DNA from: Raillietiella orientalis
Lineage: Eukaryota
Direction: 5' to 3'
NCBI GenBank assembly: GCA_036172245.1
Contig: JAYWIR010000005.1
Coordinates: forward strand, 4,712,001-4,776,000
Length of the DNA: 64,000 nucleotides
A program made the position numbers and the translations under genes. The notes below the pieces were generated by a model, which was not told the origin of the DNA, did not search any database, and saw nothing but the letters and a program-made list of their open reading frames with translations. Shown in pieces: positions 39,201 through 52,213 of this stretch; the first letter of the stretch is position 1, and each line of letters begins with the position of its first letter.

Positions 39201-42200
39201 GTTTGCATTTTTCAATGCATGCGGCACACAAACGGAGACTCCAGGAATAACCAAGGAGTTCATGCAGCTTGAAACTTTCCACTCAAGGGAGCAGAGGTGT
39301 CCCTGAAAAAGAAGCGACGATTTCAAATGCTCCGGGAACTGACCAACCCAGCGTCGTTTTCCATCATGCTATTGGATGCAAAGTGATTGCCATCTGCTAT
39401 CAACCACCTTTCGGTCTTGCTGCCTATCCGCCGATCTCGAAATTCGAAATAAAAAATTTCTGATTAACTGTTAATTATATTTGCAACATATGCTGTAATC
39501 CATGATTTTTTTTCTTCTCTCTCTCTTTTACCCTGGTAGAAACGAGATCTTTCGAATATGTGTTCGCTGTAGTTTCGAGATTGGGATCCAAGGCTGGTCT
39601 ATCGAATTTTTAACCAAGATAAATCTCTTGGCATGTTCACGAAGTTCAAGGAAAGAAAACACCAGGACTTGGATCATCCTTCTTCGAGAAGAGTTCACCG
39701 AATGTTGGGTTTGCTCTTCTCTGTTTCTCTAGTTAAAAGTCAACCACTTGGCCACGTACAGAGTTTCCTCGTATTCGTTTACACCCAGATGCCAAAGATG
39801 AAAACCAGCAAATGAACGCGGAACATCTCTTCCCGTTAGCACCGAGATGCGGCCGAACCGAAAACTCCATCTCGAGTGAGGCTACGCACCACAATCCTTC
39901 AGATTGCAATTTTCTTCGAATGCCCAGTGCGAAGGAGTTTTTGTAGCCTTGATGGAACACGGTTCCTGATTGTGTGTACACGTTCCGATTCGACCGTACG
40001 CCGACAGCGTCGGGTGAACCCTTCTCTTGAAGTGGCCAACGGAATTCACACGATTTTTCGGTGTCGGAAATCCCGCGACCTTGCTCTTACTACGGTGGTG
40101 TTTGGTGTTCCTGAACGCAAACCTCGAACTCCGTATAGCCTCGTCGGTGTGCAGAACACCGACGAGGCGGACCTCGTTCTCAAGAGACGTTTCGAAAGAC
40201 ATTTTCTGTCTGCTCCTGCTTGGGACAACTCGACGAGTACAGACACGTTTCCGATTTTGCTGGAACTCTGGCGCATGCTGCAAGGAATTTTCTCCAAGCA
40301 ATGAAAATGCTGGCGGAAATCGCGAGTGTCAACATACATCCGACACTGCACACAAACAAGATTGTTTCTCAGCTCTTTTGAATAATTGCGGTGAAAGAGA
40401 AGCTACCAGGATACGGAAATACGTCAGAAGCAAAGTGTGGCTCGTGAAGACAAACGCCGTATTTAAGATAAAGGAATCACCGGTGGCATGGAATATTCAA
40501 ATGCACTGGAGATAACGCCTCCCCTCATTCATCGAGGAAGAAAATCATTACTTTATCCATTGCAAAGTAGGCTCTAAATCATAATCGCTTTTACTCAGGC
40601 AGAGAGGATGATGCGCAAACAGACCACTTGAAATGCCTCGAATATTTCGAGTCTCTTTCTAGAGAAAACAAAAACAGACGAATATTGGTGTCGGAATAAC
40701 TGGGGAGGAGGAAGGATCACGATCGCGAAAAGTGAATATCCCTCAGCAGGTTTTTAGAGATACCGCAGCTTTTGCACACAGCCTTCCATAGACGTGAACA
40801 ACTCAGGAGGACGAGCATCTCACTGTGCAAATGAAAATAGAAAAATCAAAAGCAGAAAACTTGCGTTCTGAAGATTGGGAGCTAACCGAAGCTTCTCTAA
40901 TGAAAAAATCGCGTGATGGGAAAGTATGTGGTAGAAAACTCCCTCAGCGATGAGGGCAGTTTCCAAAAACAACGATGCAGAGCCCATAAGTTGAACAGAA
41001 AATCTGTTTCCCTCTTCTCAACGCCCATTCCCATCATCCATCTGATGCTGAGGCGCACTCCATGCTGTAGCCAATTCACCGCAGGTACTCAAGGCTTCAT
41101 ATTGTGTAGTATTCGTGACAAATGGCTTCGGTGCACAGGGAACCCACCGATTCTTCTACCTCTAAACGCCCACTTTCGAGTCATTTAGACCATACCTGCC
41201 GTGTTCAGCAGACACGTTACACTTCGTGCTATTCTGCAGACTGCCACCAGACTCCGCGCGTCCGAAGCAATTCTCAATCATTGATGAATCAATTGTGTTT
41301 CAGACAGCCAGAGAAAAATGCACTGCAGCCTGCACAAGAAGTTTCGCATCGCTGATGGTTCGTTTGTTTGTCTTCCAAGGTTCAACAAATGCTTAACAAA
41401 ATCCTTCGATGGTCAACACGCTTCAGTGTGCTATCAACGAATAGCAATTGCTGTTTTGTCTGATGCACATCGTGTTTCTGCTGTGTGGAAAAAAAAAAAA
41501 AAAAACACTGGAGAAGTAGAGAATATGCTTTCGGTGACCATCGTCACGAGGCCCTTTTCTTCTTCCCCTCCTCATCTTGCAAAGTGCCATTGATGATACG
41601 GCCTCTGTAGCTGAAGGCTTGAGGGATAGCAAGGATTTCCTCGGTGAATTTTTTTTTTACTTTTGCTTTTCGTGTCAAAGTGACTTGGAGTTTTTCCCAT
41701 AATTTCTTGTATTGCATTTCATTGCTTCATGTGAAGAGTCGAACGGCCATTTGAACAGGCGACAAAGGGTGATGACTTGATTTCATCTTTCGAATCCTTT
41801 CCACCTTCGCCTTCAAATATAATGCATCCTGTCTCATCCTTCCGTAATAATCAGGTTTATCACAAGTCAGCTGGTTTTCACATTCATCTGAATAACAAGT
41901 CTCTCACAAACACGTGAAGGAAACTCGAAGAACTGCCGTTTTCCTTAAGCAAACCCACAAGCAAGGGAGCGAGCGAAAGCTAAAAAAATCCATCGTTCAG
42001 ATTACCTGCAGCCGATCACCAGACTACTGGGGGTCAATCCTCAATCGACGAATCAATAACTCTCGCCCCTAAGGACAAACTGTCGAAAATAAAACGCAGC
42101 AACCCACTCACATGCACGAATCCACGTGGACACGTGCGATCTGAAAGGAGTTCTTGCAAGTTGTCGGAAGCCCGTTCACCGGGTGGTGGGGCGGCCTGCG

Positions 42201-43707
42201 GGTCTGCACGTTACAGAAAAACCTGGTACGCAGAACAAGTACCTTATCGAGTACCTTACGGATATTATGGCCGGAGTTTGGAAGAAAAAACTGGTAGGAA
42301 ACAACACTGGGCGATGCTCAAGGAGTCGCTTCTGAAGGCGACGGCGCTTTTTTCCAGGCGCCGCTCGGGCCAACGCGGCGGCACCTCAAGCGGTTCTTTT
42401 CCTCCTTAAGAGTTCGAACCCGGATTCCTTCGGCTGCCACTTATATCCCACGAAATCAAGCCGCTTCAGCTCGAAAATGAATTTCATACCAGGTTCTTTT
42501 GCTCATCTGCAAGGAGGTGCATCCACTTTTGCCAATTTGTGTACGCACACCGTGTTACAGATCCCGAGTGCCAAGTCGTCGAATGTGCCCTTGGCGTCCA
42601 ATGAAACCTTCATTTCGAGTGAAACATCACTTTTCCAATTTACGCTTATCATTGGTTCCTTGTTCGGAAAAAAAAAAGAAAAAAAAAGGCAATAGCTGAT
42701 CACGCAAAAGTTAACCCCGGTGGCTCCTTACTAAGAGATAAGGACCAAAAATCATTCTTTCAGTTTCGTTCTACCATCCACTGCAAATATCAAGATTCAG
42801 CAAGTTCGTAGTCCCGGAGTATCATTTCCATAGCACGTTTCAAAATCTTCAGGATGCTTCCCTTCACCTAGCCATTTCTAGATAAACCCTTCGTCCTACA
42901 AACCAAACTCCGGAAGAAAACGTTTTGCACTGTCACTGATTTTCTACTCACAGAATCGCACTGGATTGCTTTAACTAACAATTTCACTGAAATCAGCATT
43001 TAAAGTCTGCAGCTTTTTGAATATTGCAAAGATGACTGCTACCAACTTACCTGGGTTTAGGTAGGAATTAGGGAGGAGAGGTGGAAAGCACTGTCTTGAC
43101 AGCCATCAACTTTTTTTTTCTTGCCATAAGAAATGCTTGATGCCTAGGATCAACTTTGACAAAACAACCTACATTATCCAATCACCTTTAAAGAAATTAT
43201 CCCATTACCAGAGAAGCTCTTTTAAAAATAAAAACGACATTTCGAGAAAATTATCTGAAGAGCACTTTGGATTTCCTTGCGATTTTTGTTTAGATGGCAT
43301 TTTGAATGAACACAATTTTAAACCCAGTAAACAACAGAGATATATGTTCACTGTTCAATAAGAATTGGAAAATGGATGCCTGACATTCTATGAATAAGGA
43401 AAGAAATTTCGTTTTCCAACATTATTGAAGTGCAGCCTCTGCTAGACTCTTTCTTTCTTATCCACTAATTCCTAATGCTGGAATAGTTCTAGGCAAGTAT
43501 TCCTCTCACATTTGCTCCAACAGGCAAACTTCCACTTTCTTTATTAATTAAGGCATCTTGGAAGTCTTCAGAATAAATTGGTATTTTCACTTAACCAGAG
43601 ACCATGGGCAAGTGGCTTCCAACTTTGTTTCCATGATGCTTGTCTAATATGCTTCTGTATACGTTTTCTCAATATTCTTGTAAACAATAGGGTTCAAGTT
43701 CCTTTGG

Positions 43708-43743
43708 CTACACTTTGATCTTGGCCAAAAGGCTGAGAAGCAA
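43708..43743 (-). pseudogene. U2 snRNA pseudogene retaining only the 5' end (about nt 2-37)
   Basis: - strand TTGCTTCTCAGCCTTTTGGCCAAGATCAAAGTGTAG vs U2 5' end as I recall it, TCGCTTCTCGGCCTTTTGGCTAAGATCAAAGTGTAG: 33/36, two of three differences are CpG transitions. Similarity stops before TATCTG. Confidence 0.85.
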
Positions 43744-46700
43744 GGGGTCACTTCAAGGGGGGAACCCCAGGAAGAGTGGCTGATTCTTTTGATTCCAGCT
43801 CTTGAACTGGTTCCCTTGGGTTTTTCGTATTATCCAACCAACTTTAAATAAGTTATCCAATTACCTTTCAAAACACTTGCTTTTGTTGGACCCCACCTAT
43901 GATACTTTTAACATGCTACAATAACAATTTATCCTTGAAAGTATGGCAAAATTTTAGTTCAGCGTTCACAGATAAAGATTCCGACATTTCTTCCCGCTTT
44001 CTCCTTAAATATCATGGTGCAAACATTTGAAAATGCAACTTTCTAAAGATTCTTGGATGTCATACTTTTTATACTCCTTCATTTCAAAATGTACAGAGTA
44101 CACAACCACTGTTTCTGTTGATGAAAGTGGCTTGTAATTAATCATAATGAATGCATCATGTAGTTGCAACTTCTAATTTGATTTTCATGACAAACTCTGA
44201 AGTTATTTACTTGATACATCTCTTTGCTTCTGCCTAACATGCCAAGAAGTCACTTTACAGCATTTTGGTGTACTGAAATTGCAGGTTGCCTTACCTATTT
44301 ATAAACATTACATAATCAACACTGAAAATAATATATCACAACATTTAAAATATGTCAACAGTAAGTTAAGGAAGCAAAGTGATTCTGTTTGCTTATCTTT
44401 GCTTTTTAGGTTGTGATTCTGTGAAAAATTGTGATAAAGCATCTTAGCCTAATTTTCATATGACCAGTTTACACCAAACGTTTGTCCAGCGCTAGTGATA
44501 AGTCTACAAAAATCTAAACACTGAGTGTTACAAAGATACGGAGGGTACATTTGAATCCTCGTATGCATACACTATTTTTCATTTGAATACTCTGATTTAA
44601 AGGTGCCAAAATCCTACAATTCAACCATGCTTGTCATGTAATGTTAAACTAACGAAATTATGACCTTTGAAGTTTATACACTAATGACAATAAAATCTTG
44701 AAATGATCTCACAAAACGAAGATTCTCACAATCCGCCATGATTGCTTGAAATTCATTCTTGCAAACGAATACAAAATGCAAAAAAGAACATCACCGAATG
44801 CCTCAACATGACATCAAATTGAAAAGTATTAATTAACCGCAAAATGACTCCTAAAATGATCCAAAGTCTCTGAGGGGAAGAAAAGAGTACACCAACCTCC
44901 CGTCATGTGTCTTGAGCAACGGGCTGTTTTGCCAAAGGCTTCATAAATATTTAATTACATATGAGGTAAGCATAATTCATTTACACATCACATCCTTGAT
45001 CTTCATGAATTTCAACACTAATGAAGTCCTATTAGTTATTTGCATTTCGGAGTAATGAGTGAAAGTAAATATCTAACTTATGATTCTTTTCAAATCACAT
45101 AATCACATGAAATATAATATAGATCATCTTTAAAAGGTAATTGTTTCGTATACAATAAAAAAGACCTCGTTTCAGAAATATTTAAAGATGAGATATTCGT
45201 GCAGAAGGCATACGAGTACAATCTTTCATGGTTTAGTAGACGATTAAATTACAGCCATAATTCTCATTCATGGAATCTTTGGATGATGAGGGACTTTATT
45301 CTAAATTAGCGTTCATGCTCATCAATGGGTATCATTATCTGTACAAAACTTCATACAGTTAACCTAGAGGACTACAAATATTTTTTTTCCAGATCCATTC
45401 TCAGGAGTGAAAACTCCTGGGAATAGATTTGCAAAATTAAAATGGAACAAAACATGATTAGTGGATTTGCACAGTGGTTAATGAAACCAAACCATAGCAT
45501 CTTCTCTTCCATTTTAACTTCAAATGCTCTTATTAAGATCACAAACTGAAATGTTTCCTGCCTCATAATAGTACCGATTTCAGTTTCCTCTTAGAACATT
45601 ACAATGTATTTCTATTTCCAGATCCATTCCGTAAAAGTTTCGCCGTTCACTTGAGAGCATCTGATGAATGTGTCTTTTAAATATTCGTATTCCTCACCCA
45701 ATGGCAAAGTGAACCTTTACATTACATATGGCTATTCGCAAGGGCACTCATTATTGTAATTTTCATTATTATTGGTTTTTAAATTTGTAGAATGCTTTTG
45801 TTTCTTTAAACTTTTCCTGTCCTCTAAGAAAAGTATGTTTTCAGCTTGGATATCCACTTGCATGAAATCAACTCTATTCTTCTATCATTTGAATACAATG
45901 GTGACAAAAGCGAACACGTATTTTCCATTTCCTGTATTTCCTCATTTTGCATTCTTAAATTTGCTACCCAAATCCATTATTCCTTATGTTTGTTAATATC
46001 CTCTTCACATCATCAACAGCTGAGATACATTATTTTTCATTTCAAAATAAAAATCATGGAGCTTGAAAAAAGCAAAATTATTCTAAAAGACCCACGTTGA
46101 CAATTGAAAAAGTATGTGTAGATTAAAAGATTCACTTCTGTTTGCTATCCTATTTATCTACGGAGGAAAATACTTCAAAGAAACACAGTCATGTGAAATC
46201 CACTTTGAAAGCTTTCTTATTCAGTGTTTTTTTTCTTTTTTTTTTTTTTTAATGCAATTTCATTAAAAAAAAAAAGATACATACATGCCTATAAAATCAA
46301 ATACTATTTTTGAAATTCTTTAATCTCTTTCAAAGTTTCGGTTTAGAAAAAGCAGGGTGCTATTCTTGAGCTAGCGAGCCCACTGTCTTAGGAGGACGGA
46401 AGTGGGCTTCGGAATGAAAGTCTCGAACGGATAGGAAAGTTCTCGGAGAAAAGATGCAACTTGCAATGCACCAATTGCTTCCACATCTAGTTCACAGGTG
46501 CATCGCAGTGATCGAAATGGCTAATGATTTTGGCATGGCTCATGACGCTCAGGTTGAAATGTTGAGGTTATTGGACTACCGCGAGATTCGAAGTGAACTT
46601 TCTTGCCAGGCAAACCATCTCTCCCCCTGGGACTGCGGGGAAATTGCTTTCAAGGAACCAACTCCGAAAAAGAACTGAAGCCAACATTCGTTCTAGGGGA

Positions 46701-49700
46701 GCAGAATGCGTGCTTTGTGCCCTTACGGTGACGCATGCTCGGGCAAGAGAAAAGAATGTATTGAAGAGCAGACGAGATTCTCAGATGCGTTGAACCCTCA
46801 CCACATTCGGACCAACAGCTGTTTTCCGAGGTGAAACTATTCTCGACACCTTGAGACACTCCCCCAACGAGAACACTGTTTCCATCGGAAAGAATTCTTC
46901 CTGACCTCGGATCCCTCCACGCAAACATTTCTTAAAGCTTGCCTTCTTTAACCTGCTACTGCTTATCATCATGTTAGAACATGTTTACAACAGGCTCATT
47001 ATGGTTTAGGGCAAAAGACTAGTTTCCAGCTTAAAGTGGCGGAATCTCAGTGATGGAGACTCAGATAAATAGATCCTCGGTTACCTTTAGAACTCAGCAG
47101 GAAACAACAGATCTGTGACTGATTTGAATGAGACAACATGTTCTTCTAAAAGGGTAAATGGTTTGCTTGTATTATAATACTTTACTCTTCCATTCAGTTT
47201 CTGCCATCAGTTTGGGCATTTTTTATTACGTGGAGATTTTGATTTTCTACTGCTTCGGGTGCTTTATCTCCTTCCATTCGGTACAATCGGTTTCCGAATT
47301 GACCCACGAAAACAGAGCATAAGAATCAAGAAATTTGCAAATTTAAAGAAACTGGAGAGCTCATCCCCAAAATAAAAATTTTTTGTTTTTATTATTTTGG
47401 GGGGAGGGGGAGGAATCTTGAAGAACTTGAAAGCTTCCCCTCTTGACCATTGCTTCCTCCGATACCTTTGTCTTCGTCATTAGTCTTGACCTTTGCTTTG
47501 TGTGCAAGTTGCCGGCTGGAAACATACGTTCATCTGTGTCATTTTCTTCTGTTGAAGCACAGTGCTATGAGAATCACCGTCTTCCAGCTCGAGTTTTCAT
47601 TTTTCTCTTCAGCATACAGTTAATAGCTTTTCCAAATATCCAGGAGGATAAAAAGAAACAGAACACGCTGACAAGTTCGTTTCTTCATCTCTTTCCCTGG
47701 AAAAGATGATTCTGGAACTCGATTTCCAGTTCTTCCGAGTTCTTCTCTATTTTGCTTCAGTACAAATATTGGGAGCTCTGCGAAGAGATGAGTTGGGAAA
47801 AGCAGCAGCTTGGCTGCATTTTCCCTGATAAGCTCTATCCAATAATTTCGATGCGTTTTTCCTGATGCCTTCACGATGATGCCAACTTATTTCAGCTGTG
47901 ATCTTAGAGAATGATAATCTCTAGAAAGGAAGAGCACGTTCTTGGGAGTATGGAGGGCAACTTTTCCATACTAACTCGAAAAAGATGCGAAAGCTGGTGC
48001 CACCTTTCCGTTTCCAGATCTCTAGGTTCAAAGAAATTAAAAGAAGGAGAAAGATCACGATGGCAACTACATTGATGCATTCAGAAGATATTTGAAGCCC
48101 TCTACAACGTTCGGAGCATTCTGTTTCTTTTGGCTCCTGCTTGTCTTGGTGTGGTATATCGATTTCTGAAAGATCCCCATTAATCAGCTGGTACTTGCCT
48201 CCGTCCCTAGAATCAAGTCGGCCCCATGCTGATACGGCTCAGATTGAGCGCCGTAGGTTAATTCGAACTGCCTTTCAGGACATGCGCCTCCACATAGAAT
48301 TATCCAAGTGGCTTTCTCCAATTCAGGAAGGCGTCTAAATAAGTAGCTTGCTGTTTGTTTGTTTTTTATTTAAGGGATGGTGTGAGCTCGTGGTTCGAGG
48401 AGTTTCTTTGGTGGAGAGTTGCTGGCACGGGATTTGCAAACATTCTCCTGGAAGCACTAACGTATGAGAAATGCCGCAGACTCCTCAGGTGTACCAAAAT
48501 GCTTTCACGTTTTCATGCCAGAACCATTGAGTACAGTACCTTTTCCTTCCTACAGTAACCTAGAATGCATGGCTTTTGAAGTTCCCGACGCATCTTTGGG
48601 TGTTGCATTCCCTTTTCTGAGGTGTCCTGCTGCTTGTCTATCCAATGAAAACTGCTTGTTTTGAGGTAGGGTTTATATTTCTCACCAAATTCCATGAGTT
48701 TTGCAAGTCTCGTACGGGAGTTTGCAAATGGAGAGAGATGCAGCGAGAAACTTTTTCATCCTATCCGTTTGAATTTCTCATTGATACAATGATGGATCTC
48801 GATCTGTTCTATCTACACCTTCAGAAATTTACTGTGTTTTATACAAGTTTCTTTTGAGTTCTTCATTTTGTCTGTTTTTTTTTTTTTGGGGGGGGGGGGG
48901 CATATAAGCCTTACATTCAACTGCAGCTACTAACTGAATATTAGCACGTCATTTTTTGTCTTTCCAGCATGGAGCAATGCGCTGCTTTCCTGAGAAATGC
49001 AGAGTATTATTAAGTTAAGATATGTTTCAAGACCAAGTGGCTCCAGAGGCAGGGGATTTTTCTTTCAGAGAAGACACCTGATAATGTTTACATTCTTGCA
49101 TCATTATTGTGCTAAGAAACCCTCAATATCAAAAGTGGGGAGAAGACGGGGCAGCTTGCAGTTTATTGTTTTCTCACTGCCTCCAGAGTGGACTTCCAGT
49201 TCGCTCGCGTGCCTCTCTCTCTTTCAGAACTATGCAGACTCTATTCCATGGGTTTTGAGAGGAACCTTTGTGACGAAACGAGGGTCCAAATGGTTTCTTG
49301 AACAAACATTTTCACCTGCTGGGGTGGCAGCAGCTCCATCACATCTTTATCAGATGATGGCTCTTGTTTTGTATAGGTTGATGACTTTATCTCGTAAGCA
49401 GCTCAGTTCGGTTTCCACTTGTCATGACCTACTGCAATGGTTGTTTTATAATAAGTTGTGATTGACATTCACACCATTTGAGCAAACCCGTCTGCATTTT
49501 GCTTCCTCCCAATGTCTGGACTCCATTTGAGGGCTAACAGGCAGCAGCAAATCCGTTCCATTGGCAGAAGCTTTCCGCGGAAGGAACCCTCCTTGTTCGA
49601 ATCATGGAAGAGAGAACTCGCTCGTATTTTCTGCGCCCTCGACTGGCCACCTCTGATACCTTGACAAACGGTCCGTGCTTGCACAGAGTTTTCTCCTCAG

Positions 49701-52057
49701 AGAGATTCCATCGCACGTGTAAACAGTCATCACATTATTTGTTCTTTGCACGTGTGGTGTTGGCACGCACGCAAACGCGTTAGTAAACCGTCGTCAGTAA
49801 ATAGGCTCACAGCGTTTACCGTGTTAACGACGATAGTTGGATCAGCATTGGAATTTCCCAAACTGGGTTTTCTTTCCCATTGAAGATCATCTCGTCCATT
49901 TTCTTTACCCATCGTACCATTTCGATCACCGCCAAGATTGCGATTCTGTTTACGGCAAATTCTTTACCACTGGCTCAGTCGGAGCAGCCGCAGCTCTTCA
50001 TAAGTTTATTTATGGCCAGGAGCAATTAAAAAATCCGCGTGGTCTTTCCCGTGTGTGTGGTTTTCACTCCCCGCTGCCACATCAGTCTCGGAGACCAGTG
50101 GTCCCTCGGCAGAACTGGAAACCTCTGTCCGAATTCTCACGAGTCATCCCGTGTTTGGCGATGGAAGTGGCCCAGTTGACGTGTCAAAATTGCCAACATG
50201 AAAAAAAAACAAAAAAAAAAAGGGAAGAAACCACATCTCATGATATAGGGTGATTGCCGCGAAGCTCCACCTAAGAAAAGATGAAGCTGCAATGATGGTA
50301 CTCCGTACCGAAATCAGAAAGGAATTCGTCTTGACTGCACGAATGCTGCAACACCTGATGGTGCATCGCTGCTGCATCTCTTGCCAGCTTAGAACCGGGA
50401 TAGAGAGCACGCATTGCACTACAGAGAGGACAAGCTGTAATCGATCCGCATCCGCCGCAGGATGACGGTGGCGTCCATCGACGGAAGGCGAGCATCTCAA
50501 AAGAACCTGGACAGCTTCTTTGCGAGAGGAATTCCAAGAAGCCAAAAGTATTTGGAGTTTTTCAAAAAGCGTTGGCGTTCCGTTCGAACTTCGTCAACTC
50601 GGAATCCAAAGCTGCGGCACGTGTGAACGTGGGAGTTCAAACGTTCTTTCTGTTATGCAGCAACATTGCAGAAGGGAGACCTCCGCGACCCTCCACCAGC
50701 AGAGTCGGTCTTGACAACGGACGCTCCCATGATGTCTCCTCCTGAATGTATGGAAAAGTTGTCCCGTGCAGCCCCTTATTCTCGAGAGCTCCAGCACAAG
50801 GAACACGGTTTTCCCTCTACCTCGACTCTTGCTTCTGAAGAGTGATCCCGCATCATCAAAACTTGTGTTCTCATGGATCAGGAACGAGGCGATGAATTCC
50901 ATCATAACAGGCAACAAAAAAAAAAAGAATGATTTGCTAAGGAAAACACTCGGGTTCTTAGAGGAGTCCAGCAGGATGCTTCCTTACTATTCAATATGGC
51001 CGCTGAGTCAACTCTAAGGAACCTACAAGAATCGCTTGCAGGAGATTCTTGCTTCTCTCGCGCAGATCATCTACTCCTCCTAGTAGATCCCAAGCTGGAC
51101 TTCAGGTCACTCTGCATTCAAGTCACAAAGCCGGACTCCACTCATATAAAGGAGCATCTCCCATTTCGTCGCTTAAGTACCGATTTCAGTATACGCACCG
51201 CCGAAGTAGGTACAATGCTAAAATCAGTATTGCAGCGCAGTACCAAGAAGACTCCCAAAGACCGGGTTTCGAATCGTTGGAGCCCGCATCCCGGTCCTAC
51301 TTCCGATGCGAGCACGTATCCGGAAGAACTATTTGAGACGAGTCCACTCCCGTCTGAGAGCTCAAGAGACTAGGTGCTTCCCCGAGCATTCGGCACGTTG
51401 GACCACAGTCCAACGTGCCGACTTGACGAAAACGAAGGACAGCCAGCAGATATTCTTTTTACCTCCCTACCACTCCTGGAGAGTCGGCGCACATCGGAAG
51501 GCAGACTGATGTGCACCCTCGTACACACCATGCTTGGCGAGTTATCAGGGAATGTACACGTGCAGAGGGGCGAACAAATGTCGACTCACTGGCCGCTGCG
51601 TGGGGACGCCTGGGTCGTCCCTCCAACTCACCGGACGAAACAGACAACTTCGCCGTGGATAGCAGCTGTCTCGGTCTGCTGACACCCCCGCATTCACCGT
51701 CGTCATCGAACTCTCCAGAGCCATCTTGCGAGTAATGGCCGCCAGATGAATCCAATCCCGAGAGCGCCAGATGCAGACCTCGGGACATCCGTGCCTGGAA
51801 AGAGAGCCAAGCCGCGAAGTGACGCACGCAGGGAATCCTCGCGGAGCGTCCGAGAGAACGCAAGCGCGCTGGAAATCCGAAGATGACCGGCTCAAGATAA
51901 CACTCGAGGAATTCGCCTCCTTCAAACACATCAGGCGCAAATGAACCTCTGGTCTGGAGCACGCACGCTCCAGAGCGGGGAAGCGTCTGCCTCCAGAGGC
52001 ACCCACGTCAGGGGGAAAAGATGGAGTGTCCTGCGTCGGGCAACGACGTGTGCCCAG

Positions 52058-52213
52058 CCACTTCCTGCACATCGGGGGTCACCTGCAGTCCCCCGACTAC
52101 CACTCCAAGATGCTGCTCGAGAGCTACTGCCCGTGCGGGCGGTGCTTGCAAGGAGCGAGGAGTGGTGTGAATCGGACGTGCAAGAGGTTCTCGACATGGG
52201 ACGGACCCTCGAG
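52058..52213 (+). CDS. Candidate orphan coding exon (HFLHIGGHLQSPDYHSKMLLESYCPCGRCLQG...WDGPS), unknown protein
   Basis: cccag| acceptor and AG|gtacat donor, 156 nt, phase 2 at both ends; 30 of 31 codons from 52056 end in G/C; no family recognised. Confidence 0.4.

Noticed and set aside
42405..42440. B-box-like GGTTCGAAC (tRNA/SINE)
   Set aside because: No A box or cloverleaf evident
43051..43143. - strand exon-like segment (ctag|...CAG|gtaagt)
   Set aside because: Stops in all three frames; could only be non-coding, and there is no other support
45386..45629. Repeated tttccagATCCATTC acceptor-like 15-mer (mutually exclusive exons?)
   Set aside because: Sequences diverge immediately and hit stops; no shared peptide
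48662..48680. TGAGGTAG let-7-like start
   Set aside because: Only the seed region matches; no hairpin partner seen
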